Below, piece after piece: positions 58,241 to 64,000 of a DNA stretch of 64,000 nt. This DNA is from Alphaproteobacteria bacterium. GTDB lineage: Bacteria > Pseudomonadota > Alphaproteobacteria > CALKHQ01. The stretch lies in the NCBI GenBank assembly GCA_965227515.1, contig CBDDFZ010000001.1, positions 1,632,001 through 1,696,000 on the forward strand, given 5' to 3'. The stretch's first letter is position 1. Every line of letters begins with the position of its first letter. Under the pieces are notes generated by a model that saw only the letters and a list, made by a program, of their open reading frames with translations, was not told the DNA's origin and did not search any database. The position numbers and the translations under genes are program-made.

Positions 58241-59113
58241 ATGAAATCGTTCGACTTCGGCAAGGTCCTGACGGCCAGCCTGAAATTCACCTTCGTCGAG
58301 TGGCGCGCCCTGATCGCCTTTGCGCTGATCCCGTACATTCTGCAGATCGCGGCCCTGGTCGGCCTCAGCCTGGTCACCAGCAGCGCGACGCAGGAATTCA
58401 TGGTGCAGCCGGGCGCCACCTACGAGATGAGCGGCTTCGTCATCACCAACACCGATACCGGCGAGCAGTTCGACTTCGGGCCCCTGGTCACCGATATGCT
58501 GCTGTTCGGGCTGACCATGCTGCTGGTGCTGCCGGTGCTGGCGGTGCCGTTCAAGACCGCCTGGATACGTTATGTCGTGCTCGGCCCGACCGAACAGCCG
58601 GTGCGGCTGACGTTCCTGTTCGGCCCGCGCGAGTTCCGCATGCTCGGCTACACGATCCTGATGTGGCTGGCCACCATCGGCATCATGCTGGGCAGCAGCA
58701 TCGCCGGGGCCGTCGTCGGCATGGTGGCCGGGCCGTTCGGCGCCATGCTGGGCATGTTCGGCGTCGGCTTCCTGGGGATCTGGGTGCTGGCCAGGCTCTA
58801 TTTCGTGTTCCCCGCGATCGCGCTCGATCGACCGACCAACCTCAGCGTGGCCTGGGCGCAGTCGGCAAAACAGGGCATGAAGATCATCGGCATCACTGCG
58901 GTGGTCAGCCTGATCTTCATTCCGGTCGCCTTCCTGCTGGTCACCATTGTCCCGTCCGATTTCATCCTGGTGGGGCAAACGACACAGACGCTGGTGGTCA
59001 TGTTCATGGACGGCGCGCTGTGGGCCTGCCTGGGGCTCGCCTACCGCGACACCACGGCCGGCGGCCCGGCTATCGCTGCATCACCGCCGCCGACCGGCAA
59101 CCCGTTCCGCTAG
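58241..59113 (+). CDS. hypothetical multi-TM membrane protein
   Basis: About six hydrophobic helices; host-like codon usage. Confidence 0.75.
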   Translation: MKSFDFGKVLTASLKFTFVEWRALIAFALIPYILQIAALVGLSLVTSSATQEFMVQPGATYEMSGFVITNTDTGEQFDFGPLVTDMLLFGLTMLLVLPVLAVPFKTAWIRYVVLGPTEQPVRLTFLFGPREFRMLGYTILMWLATIGIMLGSSIAGAVVGMVAGPFGAMLGMFGVGFLGIWVLARLYFVFPAIALDRPTNLSVAWAQSAKQGMKIIGITAVVSLIFIPVAFLLVTIVPSDFILVGQTTQTLVVMFMDGALWACLGLAYRDTTAGGPAIAASPPPTGNPFR

Positions 59114-59119
59114 GCCGCC

Positions 59120-60190
59120 GTGACCGTTTTGCCGGCGGACGAGGCCGCGCGGCTGCTGGCGGCGATTGCGCCCCATCTGCCCGACACGGCATCCAGTTCC
59201 GGCGCGCTCGATGCCGAGGGATTGGTGGCGGTGCCGGACTACGGCGCCGGGCATCGCCATGTGGTGCTCGGCGAGACGGGGCTGCTGGCACGGATTCCGC
59301 GCCGGGTGCCGGAGGGGTCCGACCCGGCAGCACACCTGGCCTACGAGGCAGCTTGTTTCGCCCGCGCGCAGGCGAGCGGTGCGACCCCGCGCTGTCATGG
59401 CGTGGTGCCGCCGGGCCCGGACCTGCCCATGGGCGCGTTGCTGGTGCAGCGGATCGAGGGCGCGGTGCCGCGATTGCCGGGCGACCTGCCGGCGATTGCG
59501 CGCGCGCTGGCCGCGCTGCACGGGCTCGCCCTGCCGCGGCCGGACGACCGCCCGCCGCTGCCGGAGAAGACCGACCCGGTTGCCGGCACCGTCGCCCTGA
59601 TCGCCCGCCAGGCCGGTGCGCTGGAGGCGGCCGGCATCGACCCGGCGAGCGTGGCGCTGATCCGCGAGGAATGCGCCGCCGCCGCGCGGCTGCCGGAAGC
59701 CTTCGCGGGCCGGGCACCGCCCATCGTCCTCGCAGGGGTCGACACCCATCCGGGCAATTTCCTGATCGACGGTGCGGGCCATGCCTGGTTCGTCGACCTG
59801 GAGCGCGTCGCCTACGACGCCGGTGCCATAGACATCTGTCACGTGACCTTGCCGACCTCCACCGGCTGGGACATGCGGGTCGCCACCACGGTCGATGCCG
59901 ACGCGGTCGGCGTGTTCGAGGCAGCGTACCTCGCGGCGCTGCCAGCCGACCTGGCGGCGGCGACCCGGCCGTGGCTGGGCCGGCTGCGCCGGCTGACCTG
60001 GCTGCGCTCGCTGACGTGGTTCGCCCAGTGGCGGTCACGATGGCGGTCACGCCAGCGTTCCAGCGGCAACGCAACGGCTGCCCAGGCTCCGGACGAAAAA
60101 ATTGTTGCCCACATGGCTGCACACGTGGACGCGATGCTGAGCGCTTCCCATATAGAGCGCATGCGCGACGCCCTGCCGACGTTCGCTTGA
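59120..60190 (+). CDS. APH/choline kinase-like phosphotransferase
   Basis: DTHPGNFL (Brenner-like) and VDLE motifs. Confidence 0.75.
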   Translation: MTVLPADEAARLLAAIAPHLPDTASSSGALDAEGLVAVPDYGAGHRHVVLGETGLLARIPRRVPEGSDPAAHLAYEAACFARAQASGATPRCHGVVPPGPDLPMGALLVQRIEGAVPRLPGDLPAIARALAALHGLALPRPDDRPPLPEKTDPVAGTVALIARQAGALEAAGIDPASVALIREECAAAARLPEAFAGRAPPIVLAGVDTHPGNFLIDGAGHAWFVDLERVAYDAGAIDICHVTLPTSTGWDMRVATTVDADAVGVFEAAYLAALPADLAAATRPWLGRLRRLTWLRSLTWFAQWRSRWRSRQRSSGNATAAQAPDEKIVAHMAAHVDAMLSASHIERMRDALPTFA

Positions 60191-60205
60191 CGCTCAGGCT
60201 TTAAT

Positions 60206-60303
60206 TCTGCGCCGGCCCTCTCCCCCACCCGGCCACCCGCTAAGCATACTGTCCCAGGGGACCATTGGGGGTGGCCGGGTGGGGGAGAGGGCTGGTGCCG
60301 ACT
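60206..60303. repeat. CCCTCTCCCCC-type palindromic repeat, copy 3
   Basis: GCCCTCTCCCCCACCCGGCCACCC..GGGTGGCCGGGTGGGGGAGAGGGC. Confidence 0.85.
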
Positions 60304-60308
60304 TTGGC

Positions 60309-60337
60309 GACTGCGCCCAAAGATCAAGGGCGCAGTC
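60309..60337. terminator. perfect 10-bp hairpin
   Basis: GACTGCGCCC-N9-GGGCGCAGTC; function uncertain. Confidence 0.35.
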
Positions 60338-60529
60338 TGCTCGATTGGGCCGCGAATCGGGGCGCACTTCTCCAACACAAACGAATCGGCCAATTCGCGG
60401 AACGTTCCGCGATTATGGCCAGATATTGTGAAATATGGCGCGATTTGGGCAGCGACTCGACACGCGAATCGGACACCCTCCGAGTCGCCTCGAGTCGCGA
60501 ATCGGCGGCCGATACAACACTGTGTCTAT

Positions 60530-60551
60530 ATTCTTGAAACGTTCGCAGAAC
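60530..60551 (+). promoter_or_regulatory. overlapping alphaproteobacterial LexA-like boxes
   Basis: ATTC-N7-GTTC (60530-44) and AAAC-N7-GAAC (60537-51), each 1 mismatch from consensus. Confidence 0.55.
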
Positions 60552-60568
60552 AAGGCTATATCTGGGCC

Positions 60569-61705
60569 ATGGTTCGGACACACGCAGCGGGGGCATTGAG
60601 GGCGGACAAGGGCCCGGCCATGCGCAAGGGCCGGGGCGCGCTGAGCAACCGCGACGGGAGGTTCGAGGCCTATCGCAGCGAGGCGTTCCACGATGGCTGG
60701 GACCGCGCGCCGCCGGGCGACGGCGAACCCGACCTGGACGATCCGGCGCTGCGCACCGAGGTGCTGTCCGATGCGTCGCGCAGCATCATCGCCACCAACC
60801 AGTCGCCGGACGTGCCGTTCGATCGCTCGATCAATCCCTATCGCGGCTGCGAGCATGGCTGCGTCTATTGTTTCGCGCGGCCGACCCATGCCTATCTCGG
60901 CCTGTCGCCGGGGCTCGATTTCGAGACCCGCATTTTCGCCAAGCACGACGCGGCGGGGCTGTTGCGTGCCGCACTGGCCAAGCGCGGCTATCGCCCGGCA
61001 CCGATCGCCATCGGCGCCAACACCGATCCCTACCAGCCGGTGGAGCGGCAGCTCGAGATCACCCGCTCGGTGATCCAGGTGCTGGCTGAAACCCGGCATC
61101 CGTTCGGCATCGTTACTAAGTCGAACCTGGTACTGCGCGACCTGGACCTTCTGGCGCCGGCGGCGGAGCAACGCCTGGTCTCGGTCGCGGTGTCGGTGAC
61201 CACGCTCGACCGCGATCTCGCCCGTCGCATGGAGCCGCGCGCACCGACGCCGGGCCGCCGGCTGGCCGCCATAGAGGGATTGGCCAAGGCCGGGGTGCCG
61301 GTCTCCGTGCTGGCGGCGCCGATGATCCCGACCCTCAACGACCAGGAACTGGAAGCCATCGTCACCGCGGCGCGCGATGCCGGGGCGACCGACGCGGGCT
61401 ATGTGCTGTTGCGGGTGCCGCTGGAGATCAAGGACCTGGTCGCCGAGTGGCTGGACCACCACGCGCCCGGCCGCGCCAAGCGGGTGTTCAGCCACCTGCA
61501 ACAGGCGCATGACGGCAAGTCCTATGACGCGCGCTACTTCCACCGCATGCGCGGCAGCGGCGCCTACGCTGAACTCCTGAAGTCGCGGATGGAACGCCTG
61601 CGCCGGTCGCTCGGCCTGGGCGAGCGCCGCTGGACCCTGGAGACGAAACACTTCGTCAAGCCGGCCGCACCGCCTGCCGACGACCGCCAGCTCTCGCTGT
61701 TCTAG
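60569..61705 (+). CDS. PA0069-family radical SAM protein (SPL-like)
   Basis: SINPYRGCEHGCVYCFARP, GANTDPYQP, MEPRA and C-terminal QLSLF (beta-clamp-binding-like). Confidence 0.92.
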   Translation: MVRTHAAGALRADKGPAMRKGRGALSNRDGRFEAYRSEAFHDGWDRAPPGDGEPDLDDPALRTEVLSDASRSIIATNQSPDVPFDRSINPYRGCEHGCVYCFARPTHAYLGLSPGLDFETRIFAKHDAAGLLRAALAKRGYRPAPIAIGANTDPYQPVERQLEITRSVIQVLAETRHPFGIVTKSNLVLRDLDLLAPAAEQRLVSVAVSVTTLDRDLARRMEPRAPTPGRRLAAIEGLAKAGVPVSVLAAPMIPTLNDQELEAIVTAARDAGATDAGYVLLRVPLEIKDLVAEWLDHHAPGRAKRVFSHLQQAHDGKSYDARYFHRMRGSGAYAELLKSRMERLRRSLGLGERRWTLETKHFVKPAAPPADDRQLSLF

Positions 61706-61757
61706 CGGGTGTCGCGCACGCGCTGGGCGCGTGGACCCCACCGCAACTAGCAATTAT

Positions 61758-61937
61758 TCGTCGCTCTCGCCCTTGTGGCGAGGGTCCATGCGAATGCAAT
61801 GCTCTATACTTGGGATGTTTGCTGTTTGCTGGAGCGGCAAGGGCTGAGGGACCGCCGCCATGCCGTTCAGCGCAAACCACTTAACCTACTGGAACATAGG
61901 ACAAAAATGGATCCTCGGGACAAGCCCGAGGATGACG
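61758..61937. repeat. CGTC-type REP pair of two sub-types
   Basis: TCGTCGCTCTCGCCCTTGTGGCGAGGGTCCAT (61758-89) and ATGGATCCTCGGGACAAGCCCGAGGATGACG (61907-37). Confidence 0.8.
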
Positions 61938-62113
61938 GTGGGGTGATGGTGATTATGCACAGCCGCGTGCCGCGATCATTCAAAGAGGGCGGTATCCAAC
62001 CGAAACCTGGGGGGGGAATCTACCCCATATGGGCAATCCGGCAGGCTGCTTACGTCATCGGGCAACGAACCGCCGCACGGTGCGGGGTTCGCTTGCCAAA
62101 GGAGATGACGACG

Positions 62114-62563
62114 ATGTTGACCGCCTCGATTTCGAAGATTGCCGGTGCCGCCGCCCTTGCCATGACCGTGGCCCTTGGGGGCTGCATCACCCCGGCGGCC
62201 GGTGCCGGCAACCCGCTGGCTTACGGCCCGGTGCAGCCGCAGCTTCCCACCTTCACCGTGACCACCCACACCGGCAGCGCGGAGCAGGTGCAGACCAGCT
62301 TCACCCCCGGACTCGCCCAGCCCGGTGCGGTGCGGGTGTGCCTGAACAACCAGCGCCCCGGCCAGAGGTCCATCGACCTCAACCTGTCGGGCGTGAACCC
62401 GTTGAACGCCAACGGCCGCAACCAGCAGTCGTGCGCCAGCGTCGGCGCGCATGAAGTGGTCAACCTGCTGGCCATGGCTGGCAACCAGCCGGCCCACATC
62501 TCGCCGGGCACCGTCAACCTGGCGCAGTACGACGGCGGCCTGCTGACCTTTATCTGGAGATAA
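62114..62563 (+). CDS. hypothetical lipoprotein
   Basis: RBS AAGGAG; lipobox LGGC; two additional Cys. Confidence 0.7.
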   Translation: MLTASISKIAGAAALAMTVALGGCITPAAGAGNPLAYGPVQPQLPTFTVTTHTGSAEQVQTSFTPGLAQPGAVRVCLNNQRPGQRSIDLNLSGVNPLNANGRNQQSCASVGAHEVVNLLAMAGNQPAHISPGTVNLAQYDGGLLTFIWR

Positions 62564-62686
62564 CGGCATCTTGCGCAGCGGCCCGGCCCCGGATCTCCTG
62601 GGCGCCGGGGCGCCGCGGGAATTTGAACCGCGGCGCGGTTGGGTTATGGAGGGAGGGTCATGCGCCGCACCCCGATCGATCTGGAC

Positions 62687-62732
62687 TTAGAGCGTGTTCA
62701 GTGTGATCGCGATTACATTGAACACGCTCTAA
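62687..62732. repeat. TAGAGC-ended palindrome overlapping the regulator stop codon
   Basis: TTAGAGCGTGTTCAgTGTgATCGCGATtACAtTGAACACGCTCTAA, a near-perfect 46-bp palindrome. Confidence 0.75.
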
Positions 62733-63391
62733 AGCTCCCGTGCCGGGTCGATCAGCCCTTCCTTCATCGCGCGGGCCAGCAGTTGCGGCACCGAGTTCAC
62801 CTGCAGCTTCTGCATCATGCTGGTCCGGTACTTGTCGACGGTCTTCGGGCTGATGCCGAGGACGAGCGCGATCTCCTTGGTCGACCGGCCGCCGATGATC
62901 AGGTTCAGGGTCTGGCGCTCGCGATCGGTCAGCACCGGCCGGTCCGGCCGCGCTTGCAGCCGGTCGACGAACATCTGGGCGATGTGGCGCCCGCCGTTCA
63001 TGATCAACGGCAGCTTGGCATAGAGCTCGGCGTTGTCGGCGGACTTGGAGAACAGGCCGTCGACGCCGGCCTCGATCAGGTCGCCGATCAGCCCGATTGC
63101 GGTGATGCCGGTGAACACCACCACCTTGGTGTCGGGGCTGGAGCGTTTCACTTCCAGAAACACCTCCACCCCGCCGGCGTGCGGCATCGAAACATCGAGC
63201 AGCAGCAGGTCGGGTGCGTGCTTCTCCACCGCCGCGATTGCCGCCAGCCCGTCCGATACCTGCGCGACCACCTTGTACGGGGTACGGCTGACCAGCCCCG
63301 GCGTTTCCAGCGCGCCCTTCAGCCCGTCGCGCACGATGGCGTGGTCGTCGGCGATCACGACGCGGACCGTGAACGGATCGTCGCCTGTCAT
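62729..63391 (-). CDS. NarL/LuxR-family response regulator
   Basis: IADDH..LLDVSMP receiver domain; LTDRE..STKEIA..ISPKTV HTH. Confidence 0.92.
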   Translation of the reverse strand: MTGDDPFTVRVVIADDHAIVRDGLKGALETPGLVSRTPYKVVAQVSDGLAAIAAVEKHAPDLLLLDVSMPHAGGVEVFLEVKRSSPDTKVVVFTGITAIGLIGDLIEAGVDGLFSKSADNAELYAKLPLIMNGGRHIAQMFVDRLQARPDRPVLTDRERQTLNLIIGGRSTKEIALVLGISPKTVDKYRTSMMQKLQVNSVPQLLARAMKEGLIDPAREL

Positions 63392-63441
63392 CGGGTCCCC
63401 GCGAGTGTGCCTGCCGCCCGGGCGCCGGCGCGCCGCCGCCC

Positions 63442-64000
63442 ATGAGCCAGTCTTGCGCATTCGCCACGTCTTGGCGAGCCCGGGGAAGGCGAGCGTTGGC
63501 GGCCCTGTTGGTGCTGTTCGCCTTTGCCGGATCGCCGGCTTGGGCGGTCGACCTGCGGCCGGGCGAACCCGCGACCGTGCCGGGCGGGGAGATCGCCTAT
63601 CTTGCCGACCCCGATCACACGCTTGATCCGGCGGGGGCGCTTGCGGGGTTCGATGCAGGCGAAGGCCGGCTCGTCGGCAGCGATATCGCCGACTTCGGCG
63701 CGGTGTTCGCCACATACTGGCTGCTCGTCCCGCTCGAGAACGCGGGCGAGCGCGCCGGCACATGGACCGTTGCCACCCGCGCACCGTTCTTTCCGGCCGT
63801 TACCATCCATCTGCGCCGCGCCGATGGCACCTTGGACGAGGTGCTCGACAACACCGTCGACGATCCGTTCGATGCGCGGCCGCAGCGCTTCCGCACTGTC
63901 CTCAGCGCGCCGTTCTCGTTGCAGCCGGGCGAGCGCGCCGACCTTGTGGTCGGGTTCGAGGCTGCCGGGGTCGCGAACTTCGCCTTCACCCTGGAGTCGG
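63442..64000 (+). CDS. 3'-truncated sensor with 7TMR-DISM extracellular-type domain (probable cognate kinase)
   Basis: Absent from the ORF track because it has no stop in the window. Own translation: signal peptide ..PAWA-VDL..YLADP..DFG...YWLLVPLEN..PFDARP..PFSLQPGE. Confidence 0.7.
   Translation, partial: MSQSCAFATSWRARGRRALAALLVLFAFAGSPAWAVDLRPGEPATVPGGEIAYLADPDHTLDPAGALAGFDAGEGRLVGSDIADFGAVFATYWLLVPLENAGERAGTWTVATRAPFFPAVTIHLRRADGTLDEVLDNTVDDPFDARPQRFRTVLSAPFSLQPGERADLVVGFEAAGVANFAFTLES

Noticed and set aside
59120-60190. Aminoglycoside resistance gene
   Set aside because: Only generic APH-fold motifs are present, in a chromosomal housekeeping context, with no recognisable similarity to known APH resistance enzymes.
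60354-60551. Replication origin at the GANTC cluster
   Set aside because: No DnaA boxes, no AT-rich unwinding element and no hemE/dnaA context are visible.
1-64000. tRNA, rRNA, prophage, restriction-modification or other defence loci
   Set aside because: No supporting motifs or genes were seen by eye. Small RNAs other than the IS-encoded one cannot be excluded.

Overview
High-GC alphaproteobacterial chromosome segment (Rhodospirillales-like gene content, by inference) with about 55 mostly housekeeping or metabolic genes: idonate dehydrogenase, NhaP, DsbD, AlgH, GlnT/GmaS, ThuAB, TadA, IF-1, MtnK, a DUF2336 gene plus PAS histidine kinase, PhhA, a Crp-pdo-sqr-sulP sulfide-oxidation operon, GlgC/GlgA, a TRAP transporter, CheZ, GGT and a PA0069 radical SAM protein. 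No tRNA, rRNA or CRISPR array was seen. Intergenic spaces carry at least four families of palindromic REP-like repeats. The main finding is a complete IS110/IS1111-type element (23176-24595) inserted at a CT core inside a GTAG-type REP. Its downstream non-coding region contains four short segments matching the left target, right target, left donor and right donor, in that order and inside two predicted stem-closed loops. This reads as a REP-targeting bridge/seekRNA, and an empty near-cognate target lies at 17491-17506. A frameshifted IS481 element sits in the loop of a second REP family 570 bp away. Other notable items are an orphan divergent flagellin-like gene with a CtrA-like box followed by a YopT-family cysteine protease, a Rieske protein/SufR-like regulator pair with a clear double operator, and a dense GANTC cluster with LexA-like boxes before the radical SAM gene. 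All family assignments come from motif recognition by eye; no database searches were run.
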